A stretch of 52,330 bases of DNA, filler included, from Bipalium vagum (GCA_037834085.1; 3 parts of 3 records of this genome joined end to end with filler, not necessarily neighbours in it), one strand, 5' to 3'; counted from the first letter of the whole stretch, positions 34,533 through 48,040 are shown. Program-made: numbers and translations. Notes: generated from the sequence alone by a model not told the origin.

Positions 34533-35241
34533 TCAGAATCGAGACTCGTCATAACCTAATGCTTCCGCTACCTGCCTATACTCTGCCATAAAATCCGCAA
34601 ACTCTGTTGGCTCTCCACTAAAAACTCTAACTCGTAATTTCACTAACTCGTAATCCATTCTGAATTTTTCTTTAACTTCCAAATCAACTTCCGTGTTGGC
34701 TTCTGATTCTTCTTCCTGATTAAATTCTTGATTAACTTCCTTCTCTTCCAAAAAGCTCCTAAGTAATCTCGTTGAACTCCTTGTTAATACTCTCGGTGTA
34801 TCTACAACTGATTTTCTCCCACTCGCCAGACTATATTCCTGAAATTCTAAAACGAACTTTCCTACCACAACGGGCTTTACCAAAAAGTTCCGGAAAACAA
34901 CAAAAAAAAACGAACTTTAATACCACAGCGGGCTTTACAAAAAGTTCTAAACCACAAACGATTTTATGCCTCACAGGCCTTACAAAAATTTAAAAATATC
35001 AATAAACCCTTTTCACAAAAATCAGTTTTAACAACACACCCAAAATATAACAATCAAAACTTAAATCACGTCGGGCTCACCAATTGTTACGATATTAATT
35101 CACTAAGAACCCCAGTATAATCTACCGACGCAATAGTTCTTTTCCCAGTAATAATCTTCTGACACAACAATAATCAAAAATATCAGTTCACGATCTCTAT
35201 TCTGTGGCCATCCACTGCGGATTCCACTCTTTATATACTGA
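34533..35241 (-). mobile_element. LTR retrotransposon 5' end: partial LTR (35085-35241), PBS, leader and gag N-terminus
   Basis: On the minus strand the LTR ends ...taaCA, followed 2 nt later by a PBS. There is a TATA-like tatataaa at 35230-35237, leader tandem repeats near 34865-34990, and gag-like RVFSGEPTEFADFMAEYRQVAEALGY. Confidence 0.8.
35065..35082 (-). promoter_or_regulatory. tRNA-Trp primer binding site
   Basis: TGGTGAGCCCGACGTGAT, one mismatch from the classic tRNA-Trp PBS TGGTGACCCCGACGTGAT. Confidence 0.8.
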
Positions 35242-35341
35242 NNNNNNNNNNNNNNNNNNNNNNNNNNNNNNNNNNNNNNNNNNNNTTAATTAATTAANNN
35301 NNNNNNNNNNNNNNNNNNNNNNNNNNNNNNNNNNNNNNNNN
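35242..35341. other. Artificial contig linker (44N-TTAATTAATTAA-44N)
   Basis: Identical to 16010-16109. Confidence 0.92.

Positions 35342-35413
<72 letters not shown>
35342..35413. repeat. (TAT)n microsatellite at a contig start
   Basis: Perfect repeat. Confidence 0.95.
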
Positions 35414-35415
<2 letters not shown>

Positions 35416-37149
35416 CTCCATGCTGTTATCCTTATTAATAAAAAATTATAATATAATGTATAAAATCTGAATATTTTCCCCTAATTTATTTTGCTGTGTT
35501 CCCGATAAGATCCCTTGAAGATGTTTTCCGGGACGTGCAAACGTTGCCAAAATGGATCATCTGCTGAGTGAAAAAGAGATTCTGGGGTCGCTGCACTGTC
35601 TCCCATTATGACAGGAAACGGTCCCCAGGGCAAAGCAAACAGATTTAGTAATAGCAGTCAAACATTAATGCAACTATCTGTCTGTAGGAATCGACGTCCA
35701 AAAAAATTTCTGATGGATGCCTGGATAGATGACGAAGTTTTTATTAATTTTTTCTCTTATTCTGAGGATCTGTGGCCAGACTGCTCTTTCGTCTATAATT
35801 AGTCTATTTGTGAAAGGTCTACCATTCGATGTTGACGATAGGTGACATCAGAGGTGCCCCGTATAAAGTCAATTTTCGTTCGGCTATAAAGTATTTAGTC
35901 TTTCAGTTTCATAGATGTCGCGTCAAATCATAAACCTATACCCTTCATTACATTTTTGTACATTCACTTTTATTGAATTTACTTAATTTTAGGGAAACGA
36001 TTTGGCACAGGTTTTATTATTCTTTGAAAGTACTTACATGTGTGATTAAAATTTTCTTTTATAACAAGTAACAAAAGGGGATTAGGACCAAATCTGACAA
36101 ATGAAGATCAGCGGTCGATAATAATTAACACCTTCAAAACACAACCGATTACGGTACCATTATTCATAATATGAATCAATGTCACACCTCACTTTTGGCT
36201 CTCACAGACATCTTCGACTTTTTTATGGACTACTGATGATGCTCTATTTGACATGAGCATTTTATTCTTCTTACAAGTAATAAAAAACTTTGAATTTAAT
36301 TATTCCTAAATAAACGACGTTATTTATTCATAAGTGGCCCGAGAAGAATTATTACTTACATAATTAATCCGTGAAACAAAAACTTTGGACATCATTATAA
36401 TAAAAAATATATATAGTACAATTATTTTTATGAGGTCGGGCATATTTGGAATTAAAGCGCATCAGAAATATTATATAAACAAATATATATCAATATTAAA
36501 ACGATTGATTTTAATAAATGGAAATATCGTTTATTAAATCCTCATTTTCAACTTGTACACTTAATATAATAAATATTATAATATAATTTAATGTAATTAA
36601 AGAAATAAAATAATTATAATAAAAATTTTAAAATATAATACAATAATAATAATATTATTATTATTATTTAGTAACAATAAAGTACTTGGAAAAATTTTCA
36701 GTGTTTTAAAAAGATTGAAAGAGAGAAATATTTTCTTTAATATTTTATTTTATTATGTAAATTATATTCTTTATCAAATGATTAAAAATGCCATAGGAAG
36801 ACTTGAATAAAAGGAAAAAAATTCCCCTTTCACACTTCATTTGATCTTCTGAGAATTCTTTTCGTATTGGATTTTTATTATTTTTCATTTCTTTCATAAA
36901 TATTATTAAATATTTTAATAACAAGAATTTTTTTTATTGAAAGATGCTTAAAATTGTAGTGTTTTTCAGTTTTACCAGTGAAAGAAATATATGTATTTAA
37001 CTACCGGGATCAAAAAATTTCCGGGATTTTTATTTGAAACCAGCTCAAACTTTGAGGGTATCAGATATAGCCATTTTCATATCGGTTCTGCTATTTTTTA
37101 TTGCTTTTAAAACTTTATTATATATTAATAGTTACTTTATGAGTTATGA

Positions 37150-37670
37150 TGTTTGTTTAAATGATATATTTCAATGGCCTTCCATTTTTAAACTAAATGC
37201 GTAAACTGAATAACGAATCTGCATTGAGTTTTTCCCTTCCTGTGAAACAGACATGACAAATACTTTCAGCATGATTGAACAGTGAAGAATCCCATTGGAA
37301 AACACTAATATTTCATTGGCGCATGAAATTTAAGGATGGTTAGTTAGATCAAGGTTAATGATGAATCTGAAAAAGGAAGGCCAACTGCATCATTCTCCCA
37401 ATTCTCCGGAATTGAAGTCCTCAGATTTTTATTTGTTTCGTTCTCTATCAAACAATTTACAAGACGCTTCTGTTAAAAATGAGAATTGATGACTGTTTAG
37501 ATTCTTGGACTGCAGATCGTCGTGGCATTGATAAGCAACATGAGAGGAAATCATTAAAAACAATGGTGACCATATTTTGATTAATTGTACAGTTGCTTTT
37601 GTTCAAAATAAGAATTTTCGAATCTTCCGAAATTTTCTAAAAACTGTACAAGGTTAACCGACAATCCAAG
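37150..37670 (+). mobile_element. Internally deleted mariner remnant
   Basis: Reads LHHSPNSPELKSSDFYLFRSLSNNL (~37385-37460), compared with HPPYSPDLAPSDFHLFRSL. Confidence 0.65.
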
Positions 37671-38092
37671 AGTAAATGTTTCGTTTATTTTTCTTCTTTT
37701 CACTGATTTTATAAACTCTACAAATATACTTGTACACCTCATTAACATTGACCATCATTACCAAGTTTTGGGTTAGATATTGAAGAGCTTCAAAAAAGTT
37801 TTAAAATGCGATTTGAGTCAAAAAATGAGTCAAATTTGTGAATAAATTAAATTGGTATTATAAAAAAAGCAAAATTTTATTTTAATAAACTCTTCCTTTT
37901 CCGTCTTGCAGTATAATTTCTAAGTTTTAGTCCAATTTTACTTTTTGCTTGTAGCTCGTCTTTTAGCGTTCACCTGTCGTCGGCTCATCGTTTCATTATT
38001 AATACTATTTGTATGATCATATATCGATAACTCAATAAAAACAGTCTAACTTTATTTAAACCGACATTGTTTGAATAATAGATAAATTCAAA

Positions 38093-38165
38093 ATGGCCAA
38101 TTTTGTTCCAAACAAATGTTATTTTCGGAAAGTAATGTTGCATTACTTTTTCGCAAAGAAAAAAA
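38093..38165 (+). mobile_element. Mos1-like mariner N-terminal fragment
   Basis: Reads MANFVPNKCYFRKVMLHYFFAKKK, compared with Mos1 MSSFVPNKEQTRTVLIFCFHLKK. Confidence 0.55.
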
Positions 38166-39284
38166 CAATAATCAAAATAATTTTAACCAACCAGAATCAT
38201 TTAATGGATTAAATTGATAATACTATCAATATTAATGACTGAAGAAAAACTGATGAAAAAATCCAAACATGTTTCATAAAAATATATATTATCAAAATTT
38301 TTTGTCAATAAAAAGCATTTCCTCGAAAAATAATTTTTAATAATGAATTTATTTATTTATAATAATATTTTATAATTTTTTAAATGTTATTTTCATAATT
38401 TTTTCGTTTGTCATTTTTTGCAAAATATTTTGGCTTTTTATTATATTAAAATATTAATGAAAAATGCCAATGAAAAAAATACTTTTAAAAATTCACAATT
38501 TATCGATAATATTTAAACAAACTAATTTTTTTAAAAAATGAAAAAAAACTTTTATCGATCTGAATAAATTAAAACCAATTTTCCAATTTAAAAAATTAAA
38601 TGTTTTCCAAAAGCCCTAAAATTCTTTGCCCATCAAAAAATTAATTTAAAAAATTAGGGAAAAGGGAAAACATTTTTATCAAAATGTTTATCATCAATTC
38701 ATCCATTAACGATCTTTTGTAAATAAATAATAAATATTAACAGTGATATATTTTTCTTTATTAATGTTATTATTATTTATAATATTATTTTATTATTAAT
38801 AATATTAAAAAAATTTTATTTTTATTATTATCTTTATAATATTATTATTAATAGAAAAATTATTATTATTTTATTAATTATATTTTCATTATGATTTTTA
38901 TTTTTTATTGTTTTATAAAAATATTTTAATTATCAGTATTATTATTATTATTATTATTTATTATTATTATTATTAATAATAATATTACTGTTTTTATTAA
39001 TACTATATTAATAATAATATTATTATTTTTTATTCTAACATAAATAAAATAATTTTTTGGAATAAAAAATATTTTTTTTTGGAGAATTTCTCCAAGTGAA
39101 AAAGATTTCTCTCCGATGCAGCAAAATGGGGAAAATGTATTTTTTGCGATTTGTAAGGTTCCAAGGGAATTATTTTATTTATTTTTGACAGAATCCCTGA
39201 AAGAAAAATTTTTATGTTGAGTTTCTTTTTAGAAAAAATTGCACAAGAAGACATTTTTTGTTTCGCGCGTTTGTAAAAGGGGGT

Positions 39285-39626
39285 TTACAATACTTTTTCC
39301 ATACCTAGCGGATAACTATCGCTGGACAGGTAGGCCTCATCGGGGTCGTGGTAAGAAATACCGCTGGTCTTGTTGGAGTTGTCGGCTGGGGGAGAGCGTC
39401 GTTAAAGGCGGTTTATATTAGAAATTACGTTTACTACTTCGTATTTGGAAGCCGGAGTTTCTGGTCTTGGTCATCGGAACATCGAGAGCTGGTCTCGGGG
39501 ATCTGTCGGTTTCTTTTGGCTTGGCGAATGTCAGGGTCGATAGTTCGGCGTTGGTCAGGGTCGGAGAAAGGAGACCGCTCACTTGAGAGATATGGGACAT
39601 TGGAAGACTTTCGGCATGACGATCCC
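39285..39626 (-). CDS. Candidate downstream exons (long isoform) of the 46313 gene
   Basis: GC-richer exons 39626-39429 and 39385-39285 separated by a 43-nt GT-AG intron. They are in phase with a donor c|gtgagg at 41480, giving a 583-aa total. The gene may splice onward at 39305. Confidence 0.55.
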
Positions 39627-41465
39627 CTGTAAGGATGTAGACTTGTCATTTTTCAGTCGAGAAAAAATAACCGTAAAGAGTTTACCATCTTTAAAAAACA
39701 ACGTTCATTCAAGCAAAATATTTTTTCTAATGACCATCATTGATTTTTATTTACTCCTTCGAAAAATTTGAGACTAATTTCAATAAAAAATAAAAATTAA
39801 CACTTTTCTGAAAAAGGTTTCAATATCCAAAAATAAAATTTTTATCATTTTAAGAAGTGACGAAATATAAAATAATTTTCATATTGTAGAAATTTCTTTT
39901 AAATTAAATAAACTGAGATCACTCTAAATCTTAAATATCTATTTTATTAAATTGTAATATTACTTTTAAAAATAAAATACGTTTGAAAATAAATCATTAT
40001 ATTAACTTATTGAATAAACAGTATTTGTTTAAATAACGGTCGATTTTCGCTGTTTTGACAAATCAAATTTTATGCAAGAAATGCTTACACTTAATATTAA
40101 TATTATTATTATATTATCCCAACTATTATTATTATTTATCTAAGTTTAATTAAAATTTGTAGATAAAATTTAAGTTATTTTTTAGGAAAGTCCTTTTATT
40201 AAAAAATATTTTTATCGTCTTCTTTCCGATAATTTCAAATGGCAACGAAAAAAAAGTTGTAACTCAGCAACCATTACCATGACAACCATACCAGCTTAAT
40301 CTTTGTTATGATTAATATTTTATATTATTGTTTTATTTAATATTTTAAAGAATTATTTTTCCAGTTGGACATGTAACACAAACGTTCACTTTAATCTGGG
40401 AATATTTCTCACAACAGTGTTCATAAAAATGATGTAGGAGTTTAAGGACAGTGATGCCCGTGATCATCCTCGCTTCGATAAACGTGCTTACTTCTTATTA
40501 CGAACAATTCCACTGGGACAAAGATCTGCCAACTGTGATTTAGCTTCTGTCAAGTGACGGAAAGAGCAAGAATCATTGGTTTGAAACTGTTTTTATTATG
40601 ATAATAATATTAGTAATAATAATTATGTTCATGCAAACTATTGGAATATTTATATTACTAAAAAGTTCTTGACATCAGTTTAATAATTTATAGAATTCTG
40701 AACTTTTTATAAAATCAACATGTCAGTTGAGTAACTCAGACTGTTTAGTGTGTGTGTATGACTAATTTCAGTATTGATTTAAAACGTCGCTACAAACATT
40801 AGTTCTGTCATATCATTTAAGTGATGGCTAATTTTTTTAACGAACATTTTCTCTTCAAAAGGGGCCTATCGTCTTAAGGCACCTGCTGTTCAACAAACGA
40901 TACATTTTGGACATTGTGTGCCTTCCAGATCTATGACGCTTTTTGCCTCTGGAAGGGAATCACTTGATTGTGCACCATTCACAGTAACTGAAAATGAATC
41001 TGTTGCTTGTGTGAGTTCCATGTTTGATAACCTTTGATGAAATGGAGGAAGCTATTTTTTATTGTAAGGGTTACTTTGTCGCGAATTATCCGTGATTATT
41101 TGAGAAGGAACAAAGTTTATACAAAATTGGTTGCTAGACTACTTACAGATAAACAGAAGGCTTTCAGGAATCGAATTGATCATGTTGATCACTCTAAAAC
41201 CAAGCGCTAATACATTCAATGGATGTCACATGGTGAACAGTTTGGAAATATCGAGTGACTGTATTCTAAGACTGTACAGGACCTATTCATATGGACTTTG
41301 ACCTCTGACAAATTTTGTTTTTGCTTAACATGCACAACACTAAATGCAGAACTTGTGGTATATTCCTCATATTAAAACATATTTTAATAAATAACAGACC
41401 TTATGGAATTTATATTACTAGATATCAGTGATATTAATAATAATATTATTATAATATTATAAATA

Positions 41466-44400
41466 TCATTCAGCCTCACGTTGTTTGATCCCACCAGCCA
41501 CTGATTCCTGGTTAAGTAAGGGGTTGGAGACGAGTGATGTAGAATGGATGTTGGTACGAATGTTCCGAATCTGCATGAGAGGAATGTCATCCGTTCCATC
41601 GACTGGGATTCCGGACTGGGCCGGAGACCCATTGAGATAGCGATAGTTTGTCATGGGACTGTAAGAACGATTAGCACTGCCACTCCGTGAAGCGTGGTTA
41701 TCTGAGTTATGTCTCTGACGAACTACCGACAACTCCTCCCTGTCTGAATGTAGGAGACGTATTTCCGTATGCCAGAACCCAATAAATAAAGAATACCAGA
41801 GTAATTTCTCACAAGAGGCCTGCGACGGGGCGCCAAACCAGTGACAGAGCTGTTGTTGATTTTCTCTACAACAGCGTCCCGTAAAGGATAGTCGATTTCG
41901 GAAGCGGCACGTCGGACGTTGTTGGACATATTTTGGTCTGAGAACATTCTAACATCTTCCCAATCTGAAACGGCCGAAATATCTCTCCCGGAACTGTTAT
42001 TATACAAAAAGTATTTGTCGCCTCGTATCTGCTGACTACTTCCGGGACCATGACCTATAGGCGATATTCCGCTTCCATTACGAATGTCCCGGAAGTCTCT
42101 CAGTCCTGTCCTGGCCTGAATTCGTCGTAGCTGTTCAGTGAGATACTTGTCCTTCTCGTCCAGTAACGATCTCGTTCTTTGCAAACGCTTTTTCTCTTCT
42201 GAATGCCAGCTACTGTGTCTCGCTTGTCTCGGGAAGAGGTCAAGATCAGACTGACTATTGGATCGCTCAACCACCGGCGCTCTAGCCAAAGAAGCCGACA
42301 TCTGCTTTTGGTCGTAAATGTCGAACATCATCATGTTCTTGTCTTGACTTTCAACGGGGCTGGTCGGAGAGAACCCTTGAATGAAAGTGTCCTGGCGATT
42401 TCGGCCTTCATAAGCGCTTATCTTGCTGGAACTGGAAAAACTTTGTCTTCGTCTCCGAGAATATTCCGAGGGTGAATCGTTGAGACGAGGTGTGAGTTCT
42501 TGTAAAAGGTCATCCAGCTTTTCGATTTCGGCCTGGGTTGCCGAGTGGTGTGGACCTGTGAGAAAAAATTGATATTCGACAGGAAACTCCGACAATTACC
42601 CTGTCTTTGTTGGGCAGCGGCGTTCAAGTTCTGGTCTCGATAGTTGTTGGAAATATCAGAGCTTGGACTCCACATCGGGGTCATTCTTTTGCTGATACCT
42701 GCTTCATATCTGAACGAAAATGCTTTATGGAGCTTACCATTTAAAAACTAAATAACAAATAATAATTGTGATTATTAACAAAAATTCTAAATCGGAAGTG
42801 AAAGAGTCTATGGATAAAATTCTCTTAGAAAGACCCTTGACTGAAAGGGTTTCCTTTTAATAATAAAGTGCAGTTTAAAATTTATTAACAAATTAATTTT
42901 TAATTTTATCGATTATAATTTTTTATTATTTATCTTTAAATTAAATAATAATATTATTATTTATTTTTTTTATTATTAAGATACAGTGGTAAATATTCAA
43001 TTGTAGGTATAATAAAAATGACGACTATTTTGTATTTCTAATATTATAGTAAATGTAACGAGACTGGATTTTATTGTTATAATAATGTAGAGGCAATATT
43101 TTGTATAGAAATTTCTTCGCTAATATTTAATAGAAAATTTTATTTTTTAATTCACGCAAAAGGTTCCATAAAGGATGACGCGTTTAATTTAAGATTTGTT
43201 TTATCAGGCCATTATTAAAATATATTAATACCTAAATATCGATAATTTGAATATTTATCAATAATAAAAGTAATTTTTATTTTTTAGTGACATGTACAAC
43301 ATAAATTCTGTTCATATTTTTCATGTGATCGAGAAAAAACATTAATGGACGATGAAATCTTACAAATTAAAATGAACCAAAAAATGAATTTTTCAAATCG
43401 GAAATTTATCAGGTCAGTCAGAGGTGTAACATGAAATTATCTGAAAAAAGTCGCTATGGTGGCAGATAAATATCAAAGGGTAATTCAGAACTCGCTTCCT
43501 ATCAGAAATGCAACATGAAATATGAAGCGACAAAGGCTGGCTTAAGTGCACTACAAATAAATCATAAACTTTTATTACCAGTAACCGAACAACACATTGC
43601 TAATGTATTGTACCAAGATAAGAATAATAAATGGAAGAAAATGATAGAAAAGCCGAAGCTAAGAAAGAATCACAAAGAAGCTAGACTTTATTGGGCTAGG
43701 AAATATATGAATTTCAAAGAACAGTGGGATAAAGTAATTTTTCTGACGAAAATTTTTTAATCTGAATGTGTCAGATAGCTATAGTTATTATTGGCATGAT
43801 TTGCGTGATCAGGGGGAACATAAATCAAAACAAAATTTTGGAGGTGGTAATGTAATGGCTTGGGATACCATATATCTAAAAAAGAAAGGTCAAATAATTA
43901 TACCGAACTTTTAGAAGATGTTTGAATTAATTATTTGGATAATAATGTGGATGACAATTTCATATTTCAACAGGGTAACGCTCCAATACATGTTTCCAAA
44001 AATAAAAATGTGGCCTTCCCATAAGCACATACCTTTACTTGAATGACCAGTCTACAATCCAAATCGTAACCAGATCAAAAACTTCTGGGGCATCTTAGCT
44101 ACTTATGCAACTGGTCGTCAATATGATACTATTTTGCAGTTACGAAGAACTATTGATTAATGTTGATGAAATATCGATAATGAAGTTATTCAAAAAAATT
44201 GTATCAATACCTAATCGTTTGTTTAAATTATCAAACAAAAAGGTGGAACCATAAAATATTAAAGATTTAAGTAAAATAAAATGAGGACTAAATCTATTGG
44301 TGCCCACAATTGAATATTTCACCGAATTTGTTGTTTTAACATTATTCTTTGTATAAATTCAATTTGATTTAAATAGATATATGGTTTGGAATTTTACTGT

Positions 44401-45255
44401 TTATTACACTTGCAGATATTATACTAAATAAAAAAATGTGTAATATAATGAATTAAAACAAATAAAGTTTGATTAAAATATTTTAGTGGTACGTACAATT
44501 AAATATTTACCACTTTAAGTAGTAATTATATTTATTTATATAACATATTTAATTATATTATATTACATATCATTAATAATAATACATTATTATTTTATTT
44601 ATTTTAAATATACAGAAAAAACTTATAAAAATGGTCGAGAGAAAGGAATAACTCAGAGTTCAATCATTAACATCGAACTATAAGGAGGTCGACGTTGAAA
44701 TGAATAAAATTAAAAGGTTACTAAAGAATGTTTATCCAGATTGGAAAATTGAAAGAACAACAGAATTTACTGTGGATTAGTTTATGAATGCCAAGGAATC
44801 TAAGTCAAAGAAAGATAAAGAAAAATGTGAATGTGAGAGCGTTAATAACAATCTTTACTCATAAAGCTTTAAGGGCTTTTAAAAAATATTACATGCCATA
44901 AAAGAAGAAGGGGTGTTGGTAATCTTTGCAATTACAAAGAGAAGGATTTGATTAATAATCAGAACTGAAGCTCCAAAACTAATGTAAACTAATATCGTGA
45001 ATAAATTTCGAGGTCATGGATGTGGTCATCTATACATAGCGGAGGCACAACGTCATCTAAAACAAACAACTTTTCGACCATTAAAAAAAAGTATAACAAA
45101 CAACCTCCGAGAAAAAAAGAAAAAAATGTTTATTTTTAATATTATTTTAATGGTAATAGTGATAATATTATTATTTTGTTTATTTCTATCAATTATTAAT
45201 ATGTAATATTATTATCTATTATTACTATTATTATCTTCATTATTATTATAATTAC

Positions 45256-45298
<43 letters not shown>

Positions 45299-45888
45299 GC
45301 TAATGAGAGAAATCCTAAATTCAAAGCAACTGGTAAGAAAAATAATATTGAAAAGATGAAAATTAAAATTTTGATTTATCTCCCAATGTCGTGATCAGGC
45401 TGAAATTTGTACTCCTTTTTCAGAATTATTTATCGACTTTTCTCTGAGGACAGAGGCCGTACGGAATACGAATAGCCGTGCCCAGTGCTGAACGACGACG
45501 TCGACTTCGAAATTGATTTATGGGCATCCAGCCAGCCGCTGGTCCAGATTGCAATGCTTTATTAACGCTGGCAAACGTATTTTCTCCACCGAATAAAGTA
45601 AGCTGAAGAAGAACAGTTGAGGAATTGTTTCTCCTCGTCGACTTTCGGTCGTCCCCCTTTGGTATCATTTTACTTCTTCGTTTCGTTATCAGTATCAATC
45701 CAAATTTTCCAGTTTTTTGGTATTGCGCAAATATCAGATTTTATTTTTAGTAATACTATTTATAGTAACATTTCTATTACACGAATCTCCAATTTGGGTT
45801 GACAACCTACCAAACTTGTTCAAAACCAGGGTCACATTTCCAAGAAGACAGTTTAATAATTTACTCATTAAGAATTATAAAACCTTAA

Positions 45889-45954
<66 letters not shown>

Positions 45955-46313
45955 ATGAGTTTCATTTTTACTCAAAAATAAAACTGAACCAACTCTGGAA
46001 GATAATAGTTCTGATCTTGCTGTTTAACCTTGCGTGATCCGTGATGGTGAGAATGGGAATGGGTTCGGTCGTCTCTGTGATACCCGCCTCTGTCATTGTC
46101 AGAAGACGACTGAATTTGATGACCACTGTTTGGTCCTGGCGATAGCGGTGTATGAGCACCATGGTGGGAAGGATAGTGATGATGTCCATGTGAGGACCTC
46201 TGGTTGTTTATTTCTGATAAATTTGTGGCTGGACTTTTCATCCGGTCCACTTTGTTCTCTATCTTGATAGAGTTAACTGTCGCATATATGTGATCATCAG
46301 CAGGACCTTCCAT
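41466..46313 (-). CDS. Uncharacterised Ser/Arg/His-rich disordered protein with an LD motif (488-aa short isoform)
   Basis: Exons 46313-45994, 42709-42600, 42555-41797 and 41743-41466 total 1467 nt with consistent phases; two introns are 44 and 53 nt. A probable 5'UTR intron lies at 46363-46455, with an in-frame stop upstream. Motifs: DHIYATV and EKLDDLLQEL. No globular domain recognised. Confidence 0.7.
42984..44515 (+). mobile_element. Tc3-like Tc1/mariner element with TIRs, inside an intron of the 46313 gene
   Basis: Left end TA|cagtggtaaatattcaattgta, right end tacaattaaatatttaccactt|TA, plus an inner repeat near 44305-44325. Coding remnants: KPKLRKNHKEARLYWARKYM..WDKVIF, YYWHDLR, FQQGNAPIHVS. 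Confidence 0.85.
44620..45085 (+). mobile_element. Penelope-like element remnant (RT C-terminus and GIY-YIG endonuclease)
   Basis: Reads LLKNVYPDWKI (cf. L.KNGYP) and TNIVNKFRGHGCGHLYIAEAQRHLK (cf. VVYKF.C..C...YIGET.RHL). Confidence 0.6.
45890..45953. repeat. (TAT)n microsatellite (others near 45250-45298 and 38935-38985)
   Basis: Perfect repeat. Confidence 0.9.
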
Positions 46314-48040
46314 GTAAGGATTGAATATAACAATTGAACAAACAATATCATTAAACGTTACTCTGAATAAATAAAAACATAATTATAATATCATTTATGA
46401 CATAGATGAAAAATAAAATAATAATATGAAGTTACAAAAATAGTGAAAGTGGTACCTAAAGTCTATTGCTCGACCAGGTCAAGATGATGGTGAAAATTAT
46501 GACAGCGGAAGTTGATGATTAATTAATCGAATATTCGATAATTTATTTTAATGATTAATTTTAAAATTAAAGATTAAAATTTCGATTATTTTTATTTGTT
46601 TATAAATTTCATATTAATTTATTTGTTTTAATTAGAAATAAATTTTTAAATTGTGAATCAAATATTTCCTATTATGTTAACAAACTTAAAAGAATAAAAG
46701 TGTCCGATGCAGAATGTTTACCACAGAACCAATCAATCAAATATAAGATTATCTCCGGAAAATTAAAAGAAAATGTTGATATCAAATTTTTCGGTCGAAC
46801 CTAATTCCGTTAACTTGCTAATTTGCTTACGTTATTGGATATCCAACGATATGTAACTGACAAACTGTGCTGTGTTTAAATAAATGTATAGTAGTTATTA
46901 TTATAGCTTCATTTTCATTTTGAAAGTTAACTATTAATTAATCGGTAATTTTTATTTTTATTATTTTATTATTATTACTATTATTATTTTATTAAATAAT
47001 AATGAGAGAAATTCCCATATTAAAATGTGACTTCTCTGACTCCTGCTGGTAATAAACTTCACAGGATTACAAGGTTGTCTAACCATGAATTGGATGTAAT
47101 TAAACAATAACAAGGAATGTGCTTAGGAAATCAACTCTTGGGAATGACAAGTGCCTTAGAACATTAGTGCGCCTATAATAACTTAATAAATTGTCAATAT
47201 AAGCAGTAAATGTTGTTAAAATCCCATACCGGAAGCAATTAAGAATAGGGGGGAAATGGAGAAGCGGGAAACGCTCTGTGACACAGACTGCAATATTAAC
47301 TTAGTGGGGGCTTTCTTCATTCAGTGAATGACATTAGTACAACTATAATATTTTGTTTTAATCATTAACAGCTTTGCAGTTTGTTTTTTCTTGTGGATTT
47401 TGTTTTAAATGGGAGAGGGGTATAATATGATCCCAAAGTGAATAGTACAGATAAAAGAATGAGAATGAAGAAAGAATATATTAAACTGATTTAGACGTTG
47501 TGAATCAACTAAACGTTTGTAAGACATTTTCTTGAAGGAGATTTCCGACTTTAACTGTTCAATTCAATAAAAGTGGATAGATTTTAGAATAGTAAGCTGA
47601 AATCTTAAATGAAAATCATTTGAAATGTTTGGTCACGATAACCCTTTTGGTAACTTTATCTTTGCAGGGACTCATGGTTGCACAGCAACCACTTTTGACA
47701 ATGAAACACATTCTTGCACAAATTACTCAAAGAAATATAAACAAACCCCTTCGCAAATTAATCTAATTTTCATAGACTAACTCTTGAGGAGATTTATAAG
47801 TATGACCCCGGCTTTTATAAAAATGTGCTAAATACTCTGTTTCTTTAAAAATCAATAAATTGACATTGTATTTCTTTGTAAAAATCAAACATCAATCAAT
47901 ATTTATAATAGTTATACAGTAATACAAATTAATACAATGTGGACATTAAAAATGTAAAATCCAAAATTTCAGATAAATACATAAAATTGTTTTAATTATA
48001 TCACATTTCAAAGTTGTCAATAACAATTATCAATATGAAA

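Noticed and set aside
34865-34990. Spaced direct repeats resembling a CRISPR array
   Set aside because: Only 2-3 degenerate copies, in an LTR-element leader of a eukaryote, with no cas genes.
45717-45953. Poly-Tyr ORF
   Set aside because: Translation of a (TAT)n microsatellite.
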